The position numbers and the translations under genes were made by a program. The notes beneath the pieces were generated by a model. That model did no database searches. It had not been told where the DNA came from and saw nothing but the letters and a program-made list of their open reading frames with translations. DNA of 64,000 bases, taken from contig CBDBOV010000002.1 of the NCBI GenBank assembly GCA_965208575.1, positions 320,001 to 384,000 on the forward strand, written 5' to 3'. Shown here piece after piece: positions 49,248 to 57,834 of this stretch (the stretch's first letter is position 1; each line of letters starts with the position of its first letter). This DNA is from Spirochaetia bacterium (GTDB taxonomy: Bacteria > Spirochaetota > Spirochaetia > SZUA-6 > Bin103).

Positions 49248-50232
49248 GCAGCCGCTGCTGCTCGGCGTGCTGCTGTTGCTGCCGCCGGCCGTCTACCTGG
49301 TTCACTTCCGGCCGGGCCGCGGCGGCGTGCTGCGCGTGCCCCTGCACCGCTGGGGCGCCACGCCGCTCGTCCGCCGCGGTGCGGATCAGTTGCTTGCCGT
49401 TGCGGCGCGCGTCCCGTTCTGGCTGGCGGCCGCGCTGTTGATTGTCGCCGCCGCCGGCCCGGCGCGCGTGCACCAGGACGAGGTGCACCTGAGCCCCGGA
49501 CTCGACCTGATGATCGTGCTCGACGAGTCGCCGAGCATGGCGGCCCGCGACCTGGGCAGCGCCCGCCGCCTGGACGCCGCGGTCAGGGTCATCCGCGACT
49601 TCGTGGCCGGCCGCGGCAACGACGCCATCGGACTGGTGAGCTTCAGCGACCGCGCCGTGCTGCGGGTTGCCAAGACGCTCGACCGGGCCGCCCTGCACGC
49701 CGCCCTCGATCGGATGGCGGTGCCTTCGCCTGGGGACACCACCGCCATCGGCATGGGCATCGCGGTGGCCCTGCTGCACCTGCAGGACAGCGCGGCGCCG
49801 GGCCGCGTGATTGTGCTGCTCACCGACGGCGACAACAACGCCGGCGCGCTGACGCCGGAGGCCGCCGCGGCGCTGGCCGCCGCGCGCGGCGTGCGCATCT
49901 ACACCGTCGGCATCGGCGGCGCCGGCGACGCGGTGATCGAGATAACCGACCCGCGCACCGGGCTGACGCAGCGCGGCCGCTATCGCGGCCGATTCGACCC
50001 CGCCCTGCTGGAGCGGGTGGCCCGGATCACCGGCGGGCGATCGTTTGCCGCCGACGAGCCGGGGGTGCTGGCCGCGGTGTTCCGCGAGATCGACGCACTG
50101 GAACGGGTCGACCGCCACACCCGGGTGCAGGTCTCGCGCCGTCCGCATCACCGGGCGCTGCTGCTTGCCGCGCTGTGCGTGCTGCTGCTCGACGTGGCGC
50201 TGCGCCGCGTGGTGCTCGCGGAGCTGTTCTAA
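49234..50232 (+). CDS. VWA domain protein, BatA-like
   Basis: N-terminal TM, DESPSM MIDAS, TAIG.G, LLTDG.NN.G, YTVGIG, C-terminal TM. Confidence 0.9.
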   Translation: MWSFEQPLLLGVLLLLPPAVYLVHFRPGRGGVLRVPLHRWGATPLVRRGADQLLAVAARVPFWLAAALLIVAAAGPARVHQDEVHLSPGLDLMIVLDESPSMAARDLGSARRLDAAVRVIRDFVAGRGNDAIGLVSFSDRAVLRVAKTLDRAALHAALDRMAVPSPGDTTAIGMGIAVALLHLQDSAAPGRVIVLLTDGDNNAGALTPEAAAALAAARGVRIYTVGIGGAGDAVIEITDPRTGLTQRGRYRGRFDPALLERVARITGGRSFAADEPGVLAAVFREIDALERVDRHTRVQVSRRPHHRALLLAALCVLLLDVALRRVVLAELF

Positions 50233-50248
50233 AAGGAGCGCTGCGCGG

Positions 50249-51238
50249 ATGCTGACCCCGTTCGGTGCGATCACCATTGACCAGCCGGACATGCTGCTGC
50301 TGCTCGCCGTGCTGGCGCCGCTCGCCGCGGCCCTGGTGTACGCCGCCCGCCGCGCCCGCCGTGACCTGCACGCCCTGCGCCGCGTGGCGTCGCTGCCGGC
50401 GGCGAGCCCGGCGCCGGACGCGGTACTGCGCTTCAAGCGCAGCGCCGACGGAGCGCTGACGTGCGTGGCGGTAGCGTGCGTCATCCTGGGCGCCGCCGGC
50501 CCGCGCTGGGGAGCGGGCTGGCCGGCGCCAGCGCCGAACGGCAGCGAGGTGGTGCTCCTGATCGACCTGTCGCGCAGCATGGCGGTCGCGGACGTGGCGC
50601 CGAGCAGGCTGCACCGCGGGTTGGCAGCGGCCGGCGAACTGGTGGAGGCGCTGCCGGCCGCGGCAATTGCGGTGGTCGGATTCAGCGACACCGGCCACCT
50701 GCTGCTGCCGTTCACCGACGACCGCTACGCGTTGCGGCAGCAGCTTGCCGCGCTGCACGACCAGGCGCCGGCGCTTGGCGGGTCGCAACTGGCCGCGGCG
50801 CTGCGCTACGCCGGCTTCGAGCTGCCGGGCAGGCCGGACGCGGTGCGCACCGTGGTATTGGTGTCGGACGGCGAGAGCAGCGCCGGCGATCCGCTGCCGG
50901 TGGCACGGCGGGCCGGCCACGACGGCGTGGCGATAGTGACCGTGCCGGTGGGCACGGCGGCCGGGGCGCCGGTGGCGGCCGCCGGCGGTAAGCACTCGGC
51001 GCGTGACGAACGCGCAATGCTGGAGATCGCGCGCTTGAGCGGCGGCGTGCTCGCAGACCCGCTGCTGCCGCGGACCATGGCGGAGGCGCGCGCATTCCTG
51101 GCACGCCTGCCGGACGCGCGCGCGGCGAGTCGGTCCACGGCGCGCCGCCCGCGGTACGCGGTCCCGGCACTGGCGGCGCTGCTGGCGCTGGCCGGTTGCG
51201 CGGCGGTGCGGGCAATACGATGGCGCGCTACGTTCTGA
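50249..51238 (+). CDS. VWA domain protein, BatB-like
   Basis: GPRWG, DLSRSM...DVAPSRL, PFTDD, VSDGE. Confidence 0.88.
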   Translation: MLTPFGAITIDQPDMLLLLAVLAPLAAALVYAARRARRDLHALRRVASLPAASPAPDAVLRFKRSADGALTCVAVACVILGAAGPRWGAGWPAPAPNGSEVVLLIDLSRSMAVADVAPSRLHRGLAAAGELVEALPAAAIAVVGFSDTGHLLLPFTDDRYALRQQLAALHDQAPALGGSQLAAALRYAGFELPGRPDAVRTVVLVSDGESSAGDPLPVARRAGHDGVAIVTVPVGTAAGAPVAAAGGKHSARDERAMLEIARLSGGVLADPLLPRTMAEARAFLARLPDARAASRSTARRPRYAVPALAALLALAGCAAVRAIRWRATF

Positions 51239-51804
51239 GCACGGCGCCGGCGCTGCTGCTGGCGCTGCTGTTGCTGCTGGCCGCCGGCGCCCGTCAGCCG
51301 CCGGTCGCCGTCCTGGAGGGCAACTACGACTTCGCGCGCGGCGACGCGGCACGCGCCATCCGCCACTACCGCGGCGCCGCCCGCGCCGGGTCGCACGTGG
51401 CCGCCTACAATCTCGCGAACGCCCGGTTGGCCGTGGGCGAAACCGATGCCGGGCTGGATCTGTTGCAACGCATCCCCGCGGACGTGCACCCGGAACTGCG
51501 CCGCCGGGTCGCGTTCAACCTTGGCCATGCCCACTACCGCGCGGGCCGCTACCGGGAGGCGGCGCTGCACTTCCGCGACGCGTTGGCGCACGGCCCGGGG
51601 TCGGTGGATGCCCGAGTCAACCTCGAACTGGCGTTGCGCCGGATGCACGCCGGGCAGACGCGGGCGGCGACCACGGCCGCCACGACGCCGACGGCCGCCG
51701 CGACGCCGGACAACGGAACCGGATCGGAGATCCTGGAGCAATTGCGCACGCTGCAGACGGCGGTCCCGGCGCTGCCGCCGGCCGGCGGCGCGAGCGGTTA
51801 CTGA
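51220..51804 (+). CDS. TPR protein, BatC-like
   Basis: YNLANA, FNLGHAHY..GRY.EA..F..AL...P...DARVNLELA. Confidence 0.85.
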   Translation: MARYVLSTAPALLLALLLLLAAGARQPPVAVLEGNYDFARGDAARAIRHYRGAARAGSHVAAYNLANARLAVGETDAGLDLLQRIPADVHPELRRRVAFNLGHAHYRAGRYREAALHFRDALAHGPGSVDARVNLELALRRMHAGQTRAATTAATTPTAAATPDNGTGSEILEQLRTLQTAVPALPPAGGASGY

Positions 51805-51977
51805 TCGCCCGCCGGGCCGGCGCGCCGCGCCAGGTACGGCACCCGGCGGCGCAACGGGACCGAAGCTGGCCGCGTGGACGCGCGCCCGCGGGGCACACCA
51901 CGCCGCCGCCTGCTCGCCTCAGCGCCGGCGTCGGCCGGCGGCGCGGCGCGGGGTCGTCGTCGGCGCGGCGCGGTCCG

Positions 51978-52196
51978 TCAGTGTTCGCGATAGATAATGC
52001 GACCCCGAGTGAGGTCGTAGGGGGACAGGGCGACCCGGACCCGGTCGCCCGGCACGATGCGAATGTAGTGGCGGCGCATCTTTCCGGACAGGTGAGCAAG
52101 CACCCGGTGCCCGTTCTGCAACTCGACGCGGAACATGGTATTGGGTAACGATTCTCTGACCGTGCCCTGAATCTCGATCGCCTCTTCTTTGGCCAA
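51978..52196 (-). CDS. infA: Translation initiation factor IF-1
   Basis: [47 protein letters not shown]. Confidence 0.98.
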   Translation of the reverse strand: MAKEEAIEIQGTVRESLPNTMFRVELQNGHRVLAHLSGKMRRHYIRIVPGDRVRVALSPYDLTRGRIIYREH

Positions 52197-52410
52197 GAAA
52201 ACTCCTTTCGCCGGTGATGATTTCCCCGCTAGGGGGTTTTGTCAACCAAACGCCCGCCGCCGCCGCCGGCGCCGCCGCCAGACTGACTCTCGGCCGCTCA
52301 GGAAGCTTGACAAGGGATCGATAATTCACCATACATGCGCAGCCTGCGCAGCCCGCGCAGCTTGGCCCGGCCGGCTGGCGGTGCGGCGTTCTGGCAGGGA
52401 GTCGACAGGC

Positions 52411-52767
52411 TTGGAAAAGGCGTTCACCGAATCTATGCGGCAGCGGTTGACCGCACTGAAAAAAGACATACTCACGCATCTGGCCCAGGAGGACGCGGAG
52501 TTCCGCGAACTGTGGGAGGACATGGATCCCAAGGACCTGGTGGATGTTGCCGCCGAGGATGTCGACCGCAAGACGCTCGAGGCGCTCGGCGCCCAGGAAA
52601 TGCGCCGACTCAATCTGATCGAGTCGGCGCTCGCGCGCATTCCCAACGGCCACTACGGGGTATGCATGAAGTGCGGGTCGCGGATTCCCCGCGAACGGCT
52701 GGAGGCGATCCCCTACGCGCTGCTGTGCATCGGCTGCCAATCCTCGGAGGAACGCCGCAACCGCTGA
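52411..52767 (+). CDS. dksA: DksA/TraR C4 zinc-finger protein
   Basis: D.VD.A coiled-coil tip, YGVCMKCG..I..ERLEAIP...LCIGC; TTG start with GGGAG RBS. Confidence 0.85.
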   Translation: MEKAFTESMRQRLTALKKDILTHLAQEDAEFRELWEDMDPKDLVDVAAEDVDRKTLEALGAQEMRRLNLIESALARIPNGHYGVCMKCGSRIPRERLEAIPYALLCIGCQSSEERRNR

Positions 52768-52788
52768 CGGGCCGTTGGCCGAGGGCGG

Positions 52789-53418
52789 CTAACCGCCGGC
52801 GTTCCCATGGCCGGCATCGTGCCGGTGCACGGAGTCGTCACGGTGCACGGCATCGTGCCGGTGCGCGGTGGCGCACAGCATGCTCTTGCCCAGCGCCTCC
52901 AGGCGCGGTCCGTAGCGCGACAGCATGGCTGCCTCGGGCAGCAGCGCGGGATCGCGATCCACCTCCAGGTCTGGGTGCAGCAGCAGCAGTACGACCGCCT
53001 GCAGGTAGTAGTCGAAGAAATCGGTCACCAGGTGCAGTCGTCCGCCCCGGCGCAGCAGCCGCGCCAGGCGTGCCACCGTGTCGCCGCGCAGCAGCCGCCG
53101 CTTGCGGTGGCGCCGCTTCGGCCACGGATCGGGGAAGTAGACGTGCACGGCATCGAGGCTCTGCGCCGGTAGCCAGCCGATCACCTGTTCGGCGCGGCCA
53201 TGCACGATGACGCCGTTGCCGGCGCCGGCCGCGGCCAGCTTGCGGGCGCTCTTGCGGCACCGCTCCAGCTTCAGTTCCGTGCCGATCACCAGGGTGTCGC
53301 GGTGCGCGGCGCTGTGCGCGGCGAGGAAGTTGCCGTTGCCGCTGCCGATCTCCAGCTCCGCGCGCGGCGCACGCTGCAACAGCGGCGCCAGCCGCGCCAG
53401 GTCGGCCTGCGGCCACAC
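52789..53418 (-). CDS. trmB: tRNA (guanine-N7)-methyltransferase
   Basis: LEIGSGNG, YFPDPWPKRRHRKRRL, VTD...Y. Confidence 0.92.
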   Translation of the reverse strand: MWPQADLARLAPLLQRAPRAELEIGSGNGNFLAAHSAAHRDTLVIGTELKLERCRKSARKLAAAGAGNGVIVHGRAEQVIGWLPAQSLDAVHVYFPDPWPKRRHRKRRLLRGDTVARLARLLRRGGRLHLVTDFFDYYLQAVVLLLLHPDLEVDRDPALLPEAAMLSRYGPRLEALGKSMLCATAHRHDAVHRDDSVHRHDAGHGNAGG

Positions 53419-53483
53419 CTCGGCGCCGTCCGCGGGCGGCCACCCCGGCGGTGGGTCGCCCGAGCGATGCCGGATCGGACCGC

Positions 53484-54032
53484 TCAGTTCTTGGCGCGGG
53501 CGAAATCGACCGTGATTCGCCGTCCCTTGAAGCTGGTTCCGGAAAGAGCGGAAATGGTGTCCTGCGCGATCGCCTCCGGCACCTCGACGAACGAGTAGCT
53601 GTCCAGGACCCTGATTTCACCCAGGTCGGACCGGTCCACGGCGACCGACGCACTGATCAGTTCGGCCAGGTCGTCGGGCTGCACGCGCCGGTTGCGCCCG
53701 ATGCTGACGAACAGCCGGCGCAACCCGCCGGCGGCGGGCTCGGCTTCCCGGCGCGGCCGGGCGCGCGGCGCGGCGGCGGCCGGCTCCCGGCGTGACCGGC
53801 GGCGCTGCTCGCCGCGCCGCGCATCGGCGCCCCGGTCCGGCCGGGCGCCGGCCCGGGCAAGTTCCTTCACCATGTACGCCGTCACGTAGCCGCGCAGGTT
53901 GAAAGGCACGTGCTTCTTGAACAGCGCGCGGTATTCCTTGAGTTCAACGGGATCTTCGCGCTCCCGTACCGTGGTCACCATGCGTTCGAGGGCCGCGGTG
54001 ATTGCCTCGGACGGTACGTCAGCGGTTTCCAA
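53484..54032 (-). CDS. Stand-alone DbpA RNA-binding-domain protein
   Basis: RLFVSIGRNRRV.P.DL, GEIRVLDSYSFVEV, G.R.I.V..A; N-terminal EDP.EL..Y...FKK.VP..LR.YV.AY; TTG with GGAG RBS. Confidence 0.85.
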   Translation of the reverse strand: METADVPSEAITAALERMVTTVREREDPVELKEYRALFKKHVPFNLRGYVTAYMVKELARAGARPDRGADARRGEQRRRSRREPAAAAPRARPRREAEPAAGGLRRLFVSIGRNRRVQPDDLAELISASVAVDRSDLGEIRVLDSYSFVEVPEAIAQDTISALSGTSFKGRRITVDFARAKN

Positions 54033-54110
54033 GCTCCACTCCCACGATTGGAAGTATAGCACGCGGCGGGCGTTCCCGGTATGCTCCGGCTACCGAAAGC
54101 GGGAGGAACA

Positions 54111-55127
54111 ATGCAGGTCTATTACGAGGACGACATCGAGCGCCAGTGGATCGCCGGCAAGAGAGTGGCGGTGATCGGATACGGCAGCCAGGGCTTCGCG
54201 CACGCCAACAACCTGCGCGACTCGGGGGTGGAGGTGGCCGTCGGGCTGCGTCCCGACAGCGCCAGCGCGGCCAAGGTCAAGGAAACCGGCATACCGGTGC
54301 TGGAGACGGCCGCCGCCGCGGCCTGGGCCGACGCCATCATGGTGCTGGTACCGGATCACCTGCAGGCGGAGATCTACGAGCGCGACATCAAGCCCGGCCT
54401 GGCGCCCGGCAACAACCTGATGTTCGCCCACGGCTTCAACATCCACTTCGGGCTGATCAAGCCGGACGCCGACGTGGACGTGACCATGGTCGCCCCCAAG
54501 GGGCCCGGTCACACCGTGCGCCGCCAGTATGAGCTCGGCTACGGCGTGCCGTGCCTGGTGGCGGTGGCCAACGACGCATCCGGCGGCGGCAAGAACCTGG
54601 CCCTGGCGTACGCCGCGGCAATCGGCGGCGCGCGCGCCGGGGTGATCGAGACCAACTTTCGCGAGGAGACCGAGACCGACCTGTTCGGCGAGCAGTCGGT
54701 GCTGTGCGGCGGCCTGACCCACTTGATGCAGGCCGGCTACGAGACGCTGATCGAGGCGGGCTACGCCCCGGAGATGGCCTACTTCGAGACCATCCACGAG
54801 GTGAAGCTGATCGTCGACCTGATCTACGAGGGCGGCATGTCGCTGATGCGCTACTCGGTGTCGGACACCGCCGAGTTCGGCGACTACGTTTCGGGCGAGC
54901 GCCTGATCGACGCCCGCATCAAGGGCGAGATGAAGAAGATCCTGGCGGAGATCCAGGACGGCAGCTTCGCGCGCCGCTGGATGGACGAGAACCGCGCCGG
55001 CCGCGAGGGCTTCCTGAAGATGCGCGCCGACCACGCCGGCCACCAGCTCGAGGAAGTCGGCGCCAAGCTGCGCTCCATGATGCCCTGGATCGCCAAGGAA
55101 CGCCTGGTCGACAAGTCCAGGAACTGA
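54111..55127 (+). CDS. ilvC: Ketol-acid reductoisomerase
   Basis: [49 protein letters not shown]. Confidence 0.98.
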   Translation: MQVYYEDDIERQWIAGKRVAVIGYGSQGFAHANNLRDSGVEVAVGLRPDSASAAKVKETGIPVLETAAAAAWADAIMVLVPDHLQAEIYERDIKPGLAPGNNLMFAHGFNIHFGLIKPDADVDVTMVAPKGPGHTVRRQYELGYGVPCLVAVANDASGGGKNLALAYAAAIGGARAGVIETNFREETETDLFGEQSVLCGGLTHLMQAGYETLIEAGYAPEMAYFETIHEVKLIVDLIYEGGMSLMRYSVSDTAEFGDYVSGERLIDARIKGEMKKILAEIQDGSFARRWMDENRAGREGFLKMRADHAGHQLEEVGAKLRSMMPWIAKERLVDKSRN

Positions 55128-55234
55128 CCGGCACGCGGGACGGGCCGCTGCGTCGACCCGCCCCGCGTCCCCGAACCGCCGGCGCCGGCAGCATTGCTGT
55201 GCCGCGGCGGCGCGACCGAGTGGCAGTGCCTTAA

Positions 55235-55510
55235 CGGACGCTGCCGGGTGCGGAGCCTCTCGCTCAACGCCTGGTGGCTGATTCCGAGGAGCGCGGTCTG
55301 CGCCTTCAGATTGCGTGCTCGAGCGCTCGCCGCACGGCCTGTTCGAAGCTCTCCTTCTCTATCGGCTGAGCACGGAGTCATACACGTGGTCATAGGCGCG
55401 AGCTTCATGCTCTGCACCGCCACGGCAAGGTCGTTGGTCGCCGTGACGACCACCACCGGAATGTCGGGACGGGCCGATGCGACACGCTCCAGCATCTCCC
55501 GACCGGCAGT
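55235..55510 (-). pseudogene. Relic of an NtrC-type sigma54 response regulator
   Basis: Receiver fragment G.EML......PDIPVVVVTA.ND...AV.SMKL joined closely to Fis-HTH-like N...A.LLGIS.QAL..RL; AAA core absent. Confidence 0.6.
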
Positions 55511-55675
55511 GCCGCCATGCCCCACGGACGTGAGCGCCGCCGCCGTCGTTGATCGGCACCCGCAGATGCCACCATGGCATGCCGCCGAGTGAACGACCCG
55601 TGCGGGCGGAAAATACACGCGATACCCTCTCAGGAGATGAAATAGCGATGGTCTGTAGGTTTCCGATATTACTAC

Positions 55676-55690
55676 TTGACAATATGTCAA
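55676..55690. promoter_or_regulatory. Palindrome TTGACA-ATA-TGTCAA
   Basis: Perfect inverted consensus -35 hexamers in an AT-rich intergenic tract. Confidence 0.5.
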
Positions 55691-56074
55691 ATTAGACCGA
55701 CCATCCACATAAGCAGTGGATCACCCATCCACACGCACATTTACACGCGACTCTGTACAACTCGGCAAATTACGACGGACCCTGCCCGGCGCCGTTCCGC
55801 GACGCGGGCCGTGACGCATGCGCGGCTCTAGGGTTGCCGGCTCGGAGTAGGTGCCCGATGGCGGAGCGAGGAAACGACTCTTTGAGTAACAGATTGCTAA
55901 TAGCCCGGCGACACTCCTTGTTTTCCCTGTTCAGGGGTTGTCGGGACGAGTTGGAGCCCGAGCTTTCGGGCTTGGCGGTCGAGATGAGCGAACCTTCCGT
56001 TGCGGCGCCGCCGCTCGCAGGCGTCGATGCCGTGCTCGTTTCCCACCCTCTCTGCCACGCACGCAACTGACGAA

Positions 56075-57766
56075 ATGAGCCGCGTGTTTCCGGCCGGGCG
56101 GGATTCCCGCCGCCCGCCTTCCTGCCTCGGCCGAGCTACCGGGCGTGCGTCCTCACCTCCATGGCCGCGTTTTCCTTCACGTTCCGGCGCGTGGACGACA
56201 GCGCTGATGTTGCTCGCGTTCGCCGCGGGGGCGGCGGCGCAGGAGGGGCCCCGCCTCCTGACCGGCCTGACCGCGGAGGTCAGCCGTGACGGGGTCGTCC
56301 TCGCCTGGACCGTGGACGAGACCCTCGCGCACCGCATCGCCGGCTTCTCCTGCGTGTACCGTACGCCGGCGCACCTGCGGCTCGGCGTCGACGGCATCGT
56401 GCCCTGTGAGCCCGAGCGTGGTCCGGCGGAGATGCGCCTCCGCACCATTGCCGGTCTGCCCGAGTACGGCGAGTACGACTTCGAGCTGGTCGCGGACGAG
56501 GTGCCTGACGGGCCGGGGATCCCTTGGCCTCTGCGGGCGTTGCGGGTGCGGGTCGCGGTTACCGAGGATCTCGCGGGCCCGGCCGGAGCCGGGCGGGCGG
56601 TCACCGGTGCCGGACCGCTGGTGGAGAGTTGCGGCCGCGACGATGGGGAGGCCGGCACGGCGGGTGCCCCCCGCTGGCGTCTCGACGAGATCGTGTCGTC
56701 CGCGCACCTGACCCACTATCCGGGCCGCGGCTGGTCGGCGGGGGGCGACGCCTCCGCCCAACCGGACTGGCCGGAACCGCCGTCGCTGCCTGAGCTGATG
56801 GAGCAGGCCGGTCACGATGCGGCGTTCGTGCGGCAGGCCCTGAGCGGGGCCGGGGCGGACACCGAGAAGATTGCGGCGGCGGTCGCCGGCCCTGAGTTCG
56901 AGCCGGTGCTGGCGCGGGCCGCCGCAGGCACCAAGGCGTTGCTGCGCACTGCACCGGGCGGCGCCCGCGAGTTGCGGCTGCACTCCAGCTACCCATTCGG
57001 GGCCGACTACGTGTTCGAGACGAAGCACGCGGTGCCTGGCTGGGGCGACGCCGCCGGCCACCCGGTGGCCTGGGCGGAGTTGCGGCATCGGGTGGACTGT
57101 CCGCCGCCGGGGCGGCCCAACGCCACCCACGACGTGGTTCTGGCCCTGTCCGACGCGACCGGTGACGACCGCCGCCTGGCGCACTCCGGCTATGGCTGGT
57201 GGGCGGTGGCGCCGGTGGGGATGGCCCCGGAGCGCATCGTCGCGACCAAGGCCGGCCTGTCGTACGGCGACCTCTCCCCCCTGCCGCCCGCGGCGCCGGC
57301 GAGCTGGCGCGGACGCCTCAGCGGGCATCTGTTCTGGGACAAGCGCCGCTTCGTCCTGGCCGGCGAGGTGGCGCTGACCCTCGAGCGCACGGACGGTGCC
57401 GCGCGCCTCGCCGGGCGGATCGACGACGTCCGGCTGGCGCCGCTCGACCGCGAGACCCTGCGTCCGGGGGCGGGTCCGGGGTTGCCGTGGCGTTCCCTGA
57501 CCCTCGCCCCCGCGCCGGCGCAAGAAGGCGCGTGGTCGGGCACGGCGAGCGCCGGGGCGCGAAATCCCGCCGGGGCGTCCGGGAACATGCCGGCGGCGGA
57601 GGCCTTCCGCGGCGACTGGCGGGCCGCTGCTTACGGCCCGCACGCCGGAGAGGTCGCCGGGCGGCTGCGCCTGTGGACGCCGCTGGCGGCGGTCGCGGAC
57701 CCGGTCACCGACTGGCCGGAGCAGGCGGTCCTCGTCGCCGGATTCGGCGCGGAGCGCACACAGTGA
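56075..57766 (+). CDS. Secreted protein: FN3-like N-terminal domain and TbpB-like C-terminal beta-barrel
   Basis: Signal peptide ending AAA-QE; V.L.W...Y...GL..Y..Y.F FN3 pattern; C-terminal G.W.A..YGP.A.EVAG...AGFGAER. Confidence 0.6.
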   Translation: MSRVFPAGRDSRRPPSCLGRATGRASSPPWPRFPSRSGAWTTALMLLAFAAGAAAQEGPRLLTGLTAEVSRDGVVLAWTVDETLAHRIAGFSCVYRTPAHLRLGVDGIVPCEPERGPAEMRLRTIAGLPEYGEYDFELVADEVPDGPGIPWPLRALRVRVAVTEDLAGPAGAGRAVTGAGPLVESCGRDDGEAGTAGAPRWRLDEIVSSAHLTHYPGRGWSAGGDASAQPDWPEPPSLPELMEQAGHDAAFVRQALSGAGADTEKIAAAVAGPEFEPVLARAAAGTKALLRTAPGGARELRLHSSYPFGADYVFETKHAVPGWGDAAGHPVAWAELRHRVDCPPPGRPNATHDVVLALSDATGDDRRLAHSGYGWWAVAPVGMAPERIVATKAGLSYGDLSPLPPAAPASWRGRLSGHLFWDKRRFVLAGEVALTLERTDGAARLAGRIDDVRLAPLDRETLRPGAGPGLPWRSLTLAPAPAQEGAWSGTASAGARNPAGASGNMPAAEAFRGDWRAAAYGPHAGEVAGRLRLWTPLAAVADPVTDWPEQAVLVAGFGAERTQ

Positions 57767-57834
57767 GCCGACCGACCCGTCAATGCCCCGCCTCCTCCGG
57801 CGGCCCGCTGCCGGCGTGCGTGAAGCGCGTTGAA

